Shown here: positions 1 through 11,556 of the stretch, one piece after another
Layout: the number at the start of each line of letters is the position of its first letter
Position numbering within the stretch: the stretch's first letter is position 1
Source: Nemertoderma westbladi
Taxonomy: Eukaryota; Animalia; Xenacoelomorpha
Length of the DNA: 50,077 bases
NCBI GenBank assembly: GCA_032718475.1
Contig: JAUCBJ010002688.1
Span: 1 to 50,077 of the forward strand
Direction: 5' to 3'
Made by a program: the position numbers and the translations under genes
Notes under the pieces: model-generated
Told to the model about the DNA's origin: nothing
The model's database searches: none
Seen by the model: only the letters and a program-made list of their open reading frames with translations

Positions 1-115
1 CGCACACGGTACCTACTGTATAAGCGGCGCGGGCGCTATATGTCCCGCACACGGTACCTACTGTATAAGGGGCGCGGGCGCTATATGTCCCGCACACGGT
101 ACCTACTGTATAAGC
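1..115. repeat. Tandem repeat, 45-47 bp unit (CGCACACGGTACCTACTGTATAAGSGGCGCGGGCGCTATATGTCC), ~2.5 copies, probably continues left of the window
   Basis: Unit starts seen at 1, 46 and ~91. Confidence 0.85.
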
Positions 116-2654
116 TCGATCAATTCGCACCTGGGAAGAAGAATTAATTAGAATGCAGGTCACATGACTCATTAGGAAAACATGGCTCCAAGTCTGATCC
201 TTCAGCTATGTAGTCCCCCCCCCCCCCCCCCCCCCCCCCCATACCCTCGTTACCCGTCAACCCGTCCATTATAGGCCTATAGTTATTGAACTGTTATTTT
301 TAAGTTAGGTTCCTATCCTATACTCATATGCCTAGGCCTCCTACCCTTATTGTATTTTGTATAATTTCTTTGATGTGATAAATAGCTGCTATACATACCT
401 ACTGTATATTATTTCTAACATATACTGTTCTGTGTAATCTCGTTATAAACCGCATTGATTCTTTATGGAATCGCGCTAGGATCTATTGATTTTTATCCGA
501 AGCCTCTAATCCCCCCCCCCCCCCCCCCCCACCCCTCCAGCAGGCCATCTCTATCACAATTTTACCCCATTATTTTGCAGGTGATATTATATATATAGCT
601 TATTTCCAATAATGTCGGTGGCCACATCCATTCATTTACAAACACAAATTATTAAAATTATAATAACCGTAATTTTGCATTTGAAAAAAAAACAGAAACA
701 CCCACAAGACTAACTGTTTCATTATCTTCCAGTACATTTATTTCTCTTTTGTGAACAATTTCTCTACATTACCATTGGCCCTATTTATAGTTATTTTAAA
801 TACTTAAATTTATGTAGCCGTGCCCCATATGATGACAGCAACAATACACGTTTCAGACATAACCGTCGGTTGCATTCAGCAAACGGTACAAATGAGAAGC
901 AGCCAATGTATATTTACAAATTCGATGACGGCGTCCCTTGGGAAAAAATGAAATTTATTTCCTTTCATTGTTTATTTCCCTTGATTGTTTATTTCCCTTG
1001 ATTGTTTATTTCCCTTGATGTTTACTGTAACTTGTCAATTGATATTATATACAGTACATCTCGGTGTCTGCGAGAAATTAAGCGATGGATAATGTTATTC
1101 TCTCATTTGGTTTTGAAACTATGGGTAATGCTGGTTTTTTGCTAATATAATAGCCGATATGTTTACCTATCAGGATGCGGGTGCGCCTAGTATAGTAGGC
1201 TACAGTAATAACCGAACCGGTAATGATTATTTCAGTGAATGTAAAATGTGAGCCAATTATTCTGTCAGCGGTTAATAAACGGAATTGCTTCGCCAACCGT
1301 TTGTAAATAATCAGAAATAAGAATAATTTTTCCCGCCCTGAATTAAGACTAATTAAGATTAATATTACACTTTGCAGCATTGTAAAACTTTACAGGAAGC
1401 AAATTTTTAAAATCTTCCTTCATTTCATTGGGTCTTGCGATTTGATGTCACTCTACAGTAAACAGGTGTTTCATGGCCGGCCGCTACGGATAGTTCATTT
1501 TAGATACATTCAATTTATAATACATTTCAAAATGCACATTTGTTTTCAATTATTTCCGACGTGATTTATATCTAGAACCTTAAAATCTTTAGATACTAAA
1601 ATTTAATAATTTGATTTGCTAGCTGTGTGTATATATAGCTGAGAGTATAACTCCAATTAATTTTTAGATTGCTATTCATTGCTACAGTAGTAGATTGCAG
1701 CTTCATTAAGTTGAGTAAACCTACCGCTGCTGTACCGCTCTTATCCTACCGGTGACCGGTACACATTTCAACTTATGAACTTAAGCTGCAATACAGCAAT
1801 ACTCCGATACTACAATCACAATCCAATAGTTGGATAGTGCTAAGTGGATGAGTGGTTGCATATCAGTCATGCAATCTGCGAGTTTATAATTGTGAATTTA
1901 TTCATTTAATCAATGTTCATCACCATTAATTAAATTAATTGTGGTGTCAAGAGACGCGCAAGACTCTCTGCTTTCAATTGATATAAGCCATGTATGAAAT
2001 GATTGAGATTAAATGTGTATTTTAATGGGTCTAAAATCACCCCAGTAGTAGTAAAATCACCCTCCATAGAAAACAATATATGAAATTCTCAGATCACTGC
2101 GTAGTGACGTCAAATATGTAGCCAATCACAGCCGATTTTCAAAATTGGCTTCCCGATCTTACTTAAATCCGCCATTTAGACCGTTTCCTCGTATTTTTAC
2201 AAAAAACACACCCCGTCACTCGATTCAGGGCACCTTGTTACCCCTTATTCGATTGTTTCTAGCCCAACATATTTTTCGCGCACCAACCCTATTGTGAAAA
2301 CCCACAATAGGGTTTCCACCCTGTTACCTGGCTGATTACCCAAATCCGTTTATATTGGGGTTTAGCCTTGATGAACTACAATTTATCTGAAATAAACAAT
2401 AGTCCAAAATGATAGTTTAAAATAGTTAAAAATATCACTATTCTTTGTAGATACAAATGAATTAGTTTCTGTATCTAGTGATAATAATACCGTACCGGTA
2501 TTCCTTTTAAGATTCCTACACTGATTTCATTGTACACACATCTTCATCAGACCCTGCACAAGATTGGATCTAATTAGTCACCCAATCGTGTCAGTTGGAG
2601 GAGTTGCCATCCGTTTTGCATTCCCTAAGGACCAGCATGATCTGACAAGTGAAT

Positions 2655-2770
2655 AAACAAGGTGGACAGCTTTCTTGAGTCGCCTCTTAAAGGACACAGG
2701 CCTTGAGGATGCAGATAACCTCGCAATATCATGGGTGACACTGAGTTGGACTGCGTTGTGGCAACCATTT
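2655..2770 (+). mobile_element. Degenerate 3' fragment of RTE-like LINE family A
   Basis: Translates to LLKDTGLEDADNLA, matching the C-terminus of the copies at 3079-3625 and 20036-23780. Confidence 0.75.
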
Positions 2771-2899
2771 TGTCGATTAATATGTTATAGCGTTCTCAAT
2801 ACAACTGCAATACACTATGACGATTATAGACCTTTCTGGACCATATACACCGGCCCATATATGCAATAGGATCGAAACGTAACTGTTTGGCCAACAAGT

Positions 2900-3003
2900 A
2901 GCTCCGGCCAATCAGTGACGAGCTCCGGCCAATCAGTGACGAGCTCCGGCCAATCAGCGGCTAGACTTTCTGATCCTGATTTGCATAATGTCTGGGTATA
3001 TAA
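2900..3003 (+). promoter_or_regulatory. Pol II promoter-like module: 3x CCAAT in a 21-bp repeat with TGACG half-sites, octamer ATTTGCAT, TATA box
   Basis: AGCTCCGGCCAATCAGTGACG x2.7 (2900-2957), ATTTGCAT at 2979-2986, TATATAA at 2997-3003. Confidence 0.5.
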
Positions 3004-3078
3004 GGCGATGTTTCGCCACTTTTAGTACCATCTTGCTTTTTACCCTCTGCCATTGGAAGCCCCTGACTTTTGTAACAG

Positions 3079-3625
3079 CAAATAAGGCATGGGCAGCCTT
3101 GAATAGGCTTTCCAGGATTTGGAAGTCACCGAGAATTAATCGGAAACTTAAGGTCCGATTATTTAGAGCAGCAGTAGTACCAGTACTCCTCTACGGGAGT
3201 CCATGCTGGGCTCTAACCTCTGAGGACACCAAATCTCTGGATGGCACATTCACAAGAATGCTACGCCGGGTTCATTGTGTCAAGTACAATGCACACATCT
3301 CCAACCAGACACTATATAACATTGGAGGTGTCTCATTGGTTCCCCCAAGCTTGACACTAGAACAAAATCGCCTCCGCTTTGCAGGACATTGCTTTCGCCG
3401 TGAGGACCAGCCAGTGCGTAATCTTGTACTTTGGCAGCCTCATGGAGTGAATAAGCATGGTGGACAGCCCATGACTTTCTTGAGACGCATCTTAAAGGAC
3501 ACTGGCCTTAAAGATGCGGATGATCTAGCAAATGTCATGGGTAATAGGGAGTTGTGGCGGTGCAATTTTGTTGACAAGCCGGCACAGCATTCTTAAAAAT
3601 GCAGCTGCAATGCAGCATGCCGATC
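3079..3625 (+). mobile_element. 5'-truncated RTE-like LINE family A (C-terminal region and 3' end)
   Basis: KAWAALNRLSRIWKS...LLYGSPCWALT...RLRFAGHCFRR; near-identical to the reverse complement of 20036-20575. Confidence 0.9.
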
Positions 3626-3921
3626 CTAGTAACGGCAAAAGTTTTTATATTTTAGTGGCTTTTTTATCTGTAAATAGTTTTTCTGCAATTTGTGAACTTT
3701 CCTTAACTATTCTAAATATTCGAAATTCTTATTGATATAAAATAATATATACATCCCGGCAGTTCACTTCAAATTCTCAAGTTGTTTTCTCTTTTACGAT
3801 ATGTCGAATAAGCCCTCACACTTTGCCATCCGACGGACCAACTGCACAGTCTCAGCGTAGGTCCTCATAAGCCGAAAGGATCCTCCCATTCACTATGTTA
3901 AATCTGACAAATTCCATACTC

Positions 3922-3927
3922 TTTATT
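3922..3927 (-). promoter_or_regulatory. Candidate polyadenylation signal AATAAA of the eag gene
   Basis: TTTATT on the plus strand about 65 nt past the stop codon; common hexamer in AT-rich DNA. Confidence 0.35.
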
Positions 3928-3990
3928 TTAGGTACTCTACTTTTAATCTCTGTCATTAAGAATGAATTATATATGAATATAATAATTATA

Positions 3991-6900
3991 CTAATAAAAG
4001 TCCTGATGAGCCAATTCATCCATAATTAAGGCTGTAATTTCGTCATGACTTCCCCCATTGGCACCTGTATCTTTAGTTTCGTCAATGGAAGTTTGACGTC
4101 GATTGGATTGATTGGAAATCTCAACAGGCGTCGGTTCCTTTGCTTTAGAATGATCTGCAATACCAGTTTTCATAAGTTTATCTGAAATATTTAGTTTTGA
4201 TTTTGACTCCAATGAGTTAGAATTTGTTGTTTTATTAACCTTCTCATTAGGTGGAGTAGCACTATTTGTGGGATTGTCAAGAATGGATCTGAGCAGAGAC
4301 TTTGGCTTTGTACTAGAGTCAGTTGTGGTTGTGGTCTCACTTGACTGATTGGTACTGTTATTTGCCTCTGGTAATTCCAAGTTACCCAGAATTGTTGATA
4401 GATGTTCATCTAACAGCTCGAGTTTGCTGCCTAACAAACGAATATCGCATTTTAGTTCCGTTCGGAGTTTCAACAATTTTGCTACAGTTGCCTTATTGGA
4501 TGTGTCATTGGACATGTAACTTTGGGTAGAAGAGTTTGGACTTGTTTGGAAACCGCTATCTTTGGAGTCTGTCTTTTCAACAACAACAATCTCGGTTTGC
4601 GGATCATCAACGTACCCTTTATTTATCTTTCCCTTTGTCAATTTTACGTTTTGTGTCGAGTCTAGGGGCCGTCGCGTTTGCCGTGTTACAGGATTTTTAA
4701 CATTTCTACTTTTTGTAAAAACTGTAACTAAAGGTTTTTCGAGTTCTTGAGAATTACTTCTCTTGGATTCACTGGATGGGGTTGTTTTATTATTGTCGGA
4801 ATTAGCATCAAGAACAGCATGATTATCAGATGCAACTGATTCTTCATCATTTGGTAACTGTCGGAATCTATTGAATATTTTTCTCACGGGGTGGCCCATC
4901 GGTATATTGGACTTTGGTTGCCCCTGTTGATTAGCCACATCAAGTAATTCCTTTCGGTGATCTACAATAGTTTTAAATCGTACTCGTTGCCGTAAATTGT
5001 AGGTGAGAGTAATATTTCGTGCGAAGGAATGGGCAAAGGCAGTGTAGAACTGTAAGACACTCAGCAAATCGTCACGCATAATTATATGTAAGCCGCAATA
5101 AGTCATAGCACGTACATTAGCACAAGCCTGGCCAATAGTTCTCTCTTTCCAAAAATTATCGCCAAATGTGTCACCTTTAGTTAATATGGCAACCACTTCA
5201 TCATCTTGAATAACCTCTAAGCTCCCCGAGATCACAAAGTATAGATGATCGATGCTTTCACCCGTGTGAACAACCAGATCGCCGGGTGCATTGTGCCGCA
5301 GATTAAAACTTCCCGCTAATGCCCGAAGGCACCCATCACTAGCGAGTCGGAAGGCTGGGTGTTCTTTTAGAACATTTCTATAAAGATGAACCGACAGATC
5401 AGCTCGCATATCTTTTGGACAATAGTTCATTACTTTATCGGCGTCAACTCCTTTAGAAACCGACCACGACGATACGAAATAGTCGAGAACACGTTCACCC
5501 AAATCTTTTGGGACTTGATGGAGTTTTATAAAGTCGCGAATACTCGTTAACATGTCGTGATATCTGTTGGAACTCGCCTGAAATTCTTGGTACATGGTTG
5601 TGATGCTGCCGAAGATTACCGCATACATCAGCGCGCCAATAAACATCAGGAAACATGTGAAAATCTTTTCTTCAGTTGTTTCAGCTGCAATATTTCCGAA
5701 ACCAACTGTTGTCATAATACTGAGTGTAAAATACAGGCCGCTAACGTAAGTCGCACCGACAGTTTCCAAGGGGATGTTACATGCATCAGGCTTCAGCAGA
5801 TCGCAGTTTTCATTATAAAGATTTACCATTGTTGTATTTCTCAGCAAAGATAACCAACCCCAAGGGACTCCCCCATCATATTGAGAGTACCCAATATGCA
5901 CCCATATTAATGTTAACCAATGCGAGACTATTAAATAAAAACATAAAAATACAATTAATTGGCCTCCAATTTGTTCTGTGTAATCATCTATTTTTCTGAT
6001 TACTCTGACCAGGCGAAGCATTCTTACCAATTTGCTAATGCGAAGAGCTTGAATCACATCTGACTGTGTTGCTGCCGAGGCTGAACCTGTTTGCAGTTGT
6101 GAAATTTGTTCATGAAGATCAACAAATCCGAAGGGAATAGACGAAATTATATCAACTATAAACCAAGAACTCAAATACTCACGGATGATAAGTCTCGAGT
6201 TGGTCTTGATCTCTCCATTCTGATCCGCATAAGTTGTGCGAAAATTTAGAAACACATCAATAATGAAAGTAATATCAACGATAATGTCTATAGAAAGTAA
6301 AGCTATACTTTCTGTTAATTGATTACATTGTCTGTAAGCCATCATAAAGGGGGCAATAATAGCTGTGTATATGGTAAGAAGGAAGAGTCCCCAATCCCAT
6401 ATCTGCTTGTACAATGATGTATGAAGTATAATGTATTTCGGTATCTTTGGTGATAATGACTGGTATTTTGGAAGATCTGTTTCATTCGGTGAGTGTCCCA
6501 TTGATATCGATACTGCACTACCTACTGCCTTATTACCAGCGGAAGCTTCTTCCCCAGCTTGTTGCTCGGGCGGGATCGCGGTGTTTAGAATGTGTTTGTT
6601 CTTATTAACAGTTCGCGCGAGTTTTACAAAGCGACCTAACGCCTTTCCGTCATCGTCATCAAATGGAATTTTAATAGAGGTGATATCACGAATGGTAACC
6701 AGTATCAGTACAGGCTTATCAGTGTCATCTACAATCGGTGATACATGTAGCAATAGCCACAAAGGCTGTTTGTTCTTCATGAAAAGAAATAGCTCGGAAT
6801 GTGCATATCTTCCGTTCTCCATCGACTCAATGATCCGTTTCACTGCACCTTGATCGGTCAGTTCGCTATGCATATGTTTTAGAACGGCAGTTTTGTGCAT

Positions 6901-7098
6901 ATGTTCGGTGCGGTTGTACCCTGTAATCGTGCAAAATTCGTCACTGCAATAGACAATAGGGAACTCGTATATTCGCGCGTTGGCGACGTAGAAACCCATC
7001 GTTGCGGAATCGATACTGCTCGCGGTCGTAGCTCTCCGAATCACATTCTCTAGGAACATGTTCTGGGGGGCGAGGAGCCCTCTCCGTTTCCCAGCCAT
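3991..7098 (-). CDS. eag: Ether-a-go-go (Kv10/KCNH1/KCNH5-like) voltage-gated potassium channel, 1035 aa, no introns in the CDS
   Basis: PAS-cap RRGLLAPQNMFLENVIRR, PAS domain, S1-S6 with S4 KLVRMLRLVRVIRK, filter TTVGFGN, C-linker/CNBHD with the eag-type HPAFRLASDGCLRALA and TYNL intrinsic ligand, CaM-binding HPVRKIFNRFRQ, C-terminal coiled coil. Confidence 0.97.
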   Translation of the reverse strand: MAGKRRGLLAPQNMFLENVIRRATTASSIDSATMGFYVANARIYEFPIVYCSDEFCTITGYNRTEHMHKTAVLKHMHSELTDQGAVKRIIESMENGRYAHSELFLFMKNKQPLWLLLHVSPIVDDTDKPVLILVTIRDITSIKIPFDDDDGKALGRFVKLARTVNKNKHILNTAIPPEQQAGEEASAGNKAVGSAVSISMGHSPNETDLPKYQSLSPKIPKYIILHTSLYKQIWDWGLFLLTIYTAIIAPFMMAYRQCNQLTESIALLSIDIIVDITFIIDVFLNFRTTYADQNGEIKTNSRLIIREYLSSWFIVDIISSIPFGFVDLHEQISQLQTGSASAATQSDVIQALRISKLVRMLRLVRVIRKIDDYTEQIGGQLIVFLCFYLIVSHWLTLIWVHIGYSQYDGGVPWGWLSLLRNTTMVNLYNENCDLLKPDACNIPLETVGATYVSGLYFTLSIMTTVGFGNIAAETTEEKIFTCFLMFIGALMYAVIFGSITTMYQEFQASSNRYHDMLTSIRDFIKLHQVPKDLGERVLDYFVSSWSVSKGVDADKVMNYCPKDMRADLSVHLYRNVLKEHPAFRLASDGCLRALAGSFNLRHNAPGDLVVHTGESIDHLYFVISGSLEVIQDDEVVAILTKGDTFGDNFWKERTIGQACANVRAMTYCGLHIIMRDDLLSVLQFYTAFAHSFARNITLTYNLRQRVRFKTIVDHRKELLDVANQQGQPKSNIPMGHPVRKIFNRFRQLPNDEESVASDNHAVLDANSDNNKTTPSSESKRSNSQELEKPLVTVFTKSRNVKNPVTRQTRRPLDSTQNVKLTKGKINKGYVDDPQTEIVVVEKTDSKDSGFQTSPNSSTQSYMSNDTSNKATVAKLLKLRTELKCDIRLLGSKLELLDEHLSTILGNLELPEANNSTNQSSETTTTTDSSTKPKSLLRSILDNPTNSATPPNEKVNKTTNSNSLESKSKLNISDKLMKTGIADHSKAKEPTPVEISNQSNRRQTSIDETKDTGANGGSHDEITALIMDELAHQDFY

Positions 7099-8386
7099 TG
7101 TAACTCATTTAATCAATGTCTTGTAATATAATACTACTTTCTGAGCACATTTTAACTGGTATATTTAGTTAAAGTTATTTGTAATTACAAGTACATATAA
7201 TAACCCTCGCAAGATAAACATTAATACATTTAATAATGATAATTGATTATTAAAAATTTAAATACTTCTAAAAATGTCAACTGTAGGTGAAATCGTTAAA
7301 TCGCATTGCATTTAATACAAATTGAGGAATGTTTGATTTTACAGGTAATGAAAAGTGAATTTGCGACGGACCATTAAGTAACTGTAGTTAGTAAAAATAT
7401 AAGATTTATATATTAATCGATTATTCATGCACTTTTTTCAACTTCCATCACTTTGCGAACTTATCTTTTGCACTTATCTTTTGTATGTAGTTGTGAAGTT
7501 ATGATTTGTTAATACGAAAGTAAATAATAATTTGACGAAGAATTTGTTGAATATAGACATGTTTTGACAATTTTCCATTAGGGTTACCCTTAGTTCTTAT
7601 TCCTGATTAGTACCAGTAGTTTGTAGATAGAAGTTATTAAACTACAATGTCATCAACTGAACCGTTGAAACATAATTCGTAATATTAAATTTTGTGTAAT
7701 TACGAAGTTAAAAAAAGTGAATAAATATAAACTATAAGGGAAAAAAGAACAGCTTACTATAACTCGACTTCATAAAACAAATGTTGCAGTGGAAATTTTA
7801 CTTCTAAATTTAGTATTCACGAAATTATATATTTTCGCGTATACATCGACAAATCGAATTCCACATGCGGTTTAGTATTTTTACCTTCCCCATAGATGTC
7901 CAGTCCTTCATGTCTAGGTCGAGGAACCAATCACTTCTGTTATTATTCTCACACACTATGAAGTCGTTCACTAGATAGTTGGAGCTTGAAACTCTTTGTA
8001 AGCAATGCGCGGTTAATATGGTTCGTGGGGGTGGTGGGGAGTGGCGTTAATTATTATGTGAGAGTTTATTAGATTTCATTTGATGAATTCTTACTTATTA
8101 AATAATCGGAATAACTAAACAAGAAGAGACTAGTACATGAAACTCTAACCTTTAATTATTCAATAAACATAAAAGCTTAAAAAGTAATTATTATTGCTTC
8201 CATACAGACATCATTCTTCACACTTTAACAACACACTTTAATCACTTCAATGCTATACACAATGCTGGTTACACTTGTCACTTTAGTTTATAATTCTTCA
8301 CACAAAACACTTTTACCAATGAGATCAAAATATGGTTTGTTTAAAACGAAACTATTGTGTTAATTATTTTTGGGATTTTTCTCATT

Positions 8387-10385
8387 GGCGACAACATTTG
8401 TGTCTACTGTTGCTGGTGACACAGAACCATTCGAAGTGTTATGGGGAGTCCTCCAGGGTGACACACTTACACCATTCTTATTCATAATGAATTGTGGTTG
8501 GCTATGTTTTACGCATGTCCTTAGATTATAATAATGATAATGATGATCATCAATAAACTTTCACAACACATTATGAGCACTTCTCCATCAGTTCTTATAC
8601 TTGCAAGTGTAAGAAGTACATAGTAAGCATACCTACCATATTTCGTGTCGCAGTATCCCGAGTGGATACAGCGCCTGATCTGCTTCACAATCGTGTTTGG
8701 CGGCGCAGGTTCAAATCCGACTAAAGGCTGTAAAAATGTATACTATAGTCGCACTATAGTCCTTTCTTTAACCCCTTTACCCTAAAACACGTTGTACATG
8801 AGTGCTCACACAAACAAGCGGTACAATAAATGGGAACCTGGGTTCTGCTGGGGGAGTAAAGAAAGGGTTGGATAGTGTTAACCCTTGGGAGTTAGTGTGG
8901 CTGTACTTTAGGCCTAATCGTTTTATGTGTGAGTGTAAGATTGTTTACCGTCACCGGGGTAACTTCGATAGTTTTTTTTGCGTTCTTTCGTAATTTTAAT
9001 TGCGTTGCCTTAACATTAACACCTTGGAATGGCCAAAGGATTACCAAATGGCTATTTGGCTACATTTATAACACATCTACGAAACCATTGAGGTTATTGC
9101 TTCTGAGATATTCCCCTCCAAATGATTATCGACCTCGCCCCATCTATTGGGGCTACTTTGATACTTTGGTATCCATATTGTACTCACTACTGTTTACTCA
9201 GGGGTAACTCTGATAGGTATCTTTGAGTTCTACATAGAAAAAATCTACATTTTGGTATACTGCAATCGAGGCAACAGCTAAATAGGTTATTAAGAAATTA
9301 ATCTTAAAAGATTGACTAATTATAACAGAAATTCAACTTTATTTTTCGCATTATTAAATGGGTATCAACCAATAAAAGCTTGAAAATGAGGCTATACATT
9401 TTTGAAAATTTTTCTGGATCTGTTTATTTTTCGGGCTAAAATTCATAGGGGTATACCAAATAGTATCTCGCGAACAAACTTATGAAAAAAATCGATCAGT
9501 ACCATCTATATATGGCAAATTAAACCTTTTCAAAAAAGTTGTTATTTAAAAAAAACTCCTTCAGTAAATCATACTGTACTACTGTACGTTACCTATATCA
9601 TTTACTGGACTGCAAATGGCTAAATTGACTTAAGGGGACATAGTACCCTGCAAATTTTCACGAAAAAACTTTTTTTATCAAATTTTTTTTTATTGAATCA
9701 AGGTCAAAATGTTTCGTAGATTACAGAAATCGATGATGATGATAATGATGATGGGGTGATGGTAACTCCACCTACTGGCTCCAGAAGTGGAGGAAATCCT
9801 GCTAGGTACCTAACTGATCTAGACTTCGATGATGACTTAGGAGTACTCTCAGAATCACTAAAGGGAGTCCAACGGTTCCTCAGCTCATTAGAACAGGATG
9901 CTTCTAGTGTTGGTCTTTTTGTTAACTCCAAGAAGACCGAAATTTTGACAATTATTAACTTAGAAATTCTTCTGGAAATGTCTGATTGTATGAGCATAAG
10001 CTCAAATGAAGGTACGTGCTTGAGCATGAGGTCGACTTCTGTTACCCGGAATAATGGATCCGGAAGTCAGGCGATAATCTGGATATGGCACATTCACAAG
10101 AATGCTGCGCCGGGTTCACTGTGCCAAGTACAATGCACACATCTGCAACCAGACACTATATAACATTGGAGGTGTCTCATTGGTTCCCCCAAGCTTGACA
10201 CTTGAACAAAGTCGCAAGACATTGCTTTTGCCGGGAGGTCCAGCCTCATGGAGAATATATTCACGGTGGACAGCCCATGACTTATAAAGGACACTGGCCT
10301 TGAAGATGCGAATAATCTCGGGGAAAGTCATGGGAGTTTGTAATTTTGTGATAAGCCGGCACAGCATTCTTAATGCACGCTGCAC
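8387..10385 (+). mobile_element. Decayed RTE-like LINE family A copy in two pieces (8387-8547 and 9741-10385) separated by a ~1.2-kb insertion
   Basis: Left piece encodes VLWGVLQGDTL; right piece resumes at DDGVMVTPPTGSRS...YLTDLDFDDDLG and runs to the 3' end; colinear with 20036-21060. Confidence 0.85.
8647..8915 (+). mobile_element. tRNA-derived SINE (tRNA-Ser/Leu-like head)
   Basis: A-box-like TATCCCGAGTGG, B-box GGTTCAAATCC (8708-8718), central AAATGGGAACCTGG motif; second partial copy at 49366-49435; 3' boundary approximate. Confidence 0.65.
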
Positions 10386-11556
10386 TGGAGCATGTCATTG
10401 TGGATTGCATTTGGTGGCAAAAAATATTTATGTTAAGCCAGAATAGCATAACTAATGGCTGATCAGTGAATCATATGTAACTATTTTTCTGGTGGAATGT
10501 TTTTCCAACCATAGAAACCGAGTGAAAAATGACTTCAAAGCTAGCAACGATGAAAATGTGCTTTCAACGATCTTTTCTCTGGTTTCAGCTAATTACAATT
10601 GACGTCTAGGTTCTCTATATCAATTATATGGAACAAAAATATACATATATTTCAATTTTCTGGTTCACATTACAATAACGGGTCAAATCTGCATAACAAC
10701 GGGCTCGTAATGGTCACAGTCCTGCACGCACTCTGCACCCGGCACCCACTATTAAATCTGGTATGTGGGACAATTATCACTATCACTAATAGTATATTTC
10801 CTGTATTTGAACATCCATATTAAAACAAAAAATATGAAGCCCCTTAAAGAGGCGACGAGATTCTGTGCAGAAGAGCTGTAGTCCTAGCTGTGGTCTCCCT
10901 GCTGGGGAAAACTACCATCTCTGATGGATGGTATGCACCATAATGTTATGCAGGGTACCCAGGATACGATAGATGCGCTACAAATGTTGAATGCACTTCA
11001 TCAATACCCAAACCCTTACAATCCAGACGCTTAAAGATATAGATCAACTCATGTCTTGAACTGACATGGTGGATAGCTAATAACTTTCCTTTTCCGTCTT
11101 TTCAGACAGTTGAGAAAATCGCGCGAGCCTGGTAGATTAATGGCTGAGTAATTTGGGGGAATTTGTTTCTGGGTCTACCGCTTCGCGAACCCCAGTCCAT
11201 AGCAGTCACTATTTTTTAGCTTTGATTGGAATAGTGAGTTAGGTCTCCGAAAACAGAGGAAGCTCAAAATTGTATCATGTCAAAAAAAGTAATTGTACAA
11301 CGTAAGTACAGTATGGCAATAAAATACATAGGGTTATTAATTTAATTAATTAATTAATTAATCTTTTTTAACGTGTTCCTGTTCATGTTATTTCATACAT
11401 TCCTCATCAATCTGCGGACAATAATATTTTACCAATCAACATCCATTATGTAATTTCTTCAAATAACATATAAATGTCATAGCGATTAAAAAATACCATA
11501 GTAAACAGATTTTAATGTAATATAATATATTTTTAATTCAAACTAACAAATTGCAT

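Noticed and set aside
215-530. Long poly-C tracts (also poly-G near 24101 and 40786)
   Set aside because: Simple homopolymers with unreliable lengths; no supported function
2988-3596. 202-aa ORF as a host gene
   Set aside because: Chimera of flanking sequence (the ATG lies upstream of the TATA-like box) and a truncated LINE C-terminus
4191-6853. Short ORFs overlapping eag on either strand
   Set aside because: Shadow ORFs of the real CDS with no recognisable motifs
8647-8725. Functional tRNA gene
   Set aside because: A and B boxes present but no proper acceptor or anticodon stems; followed by a SINE-like body
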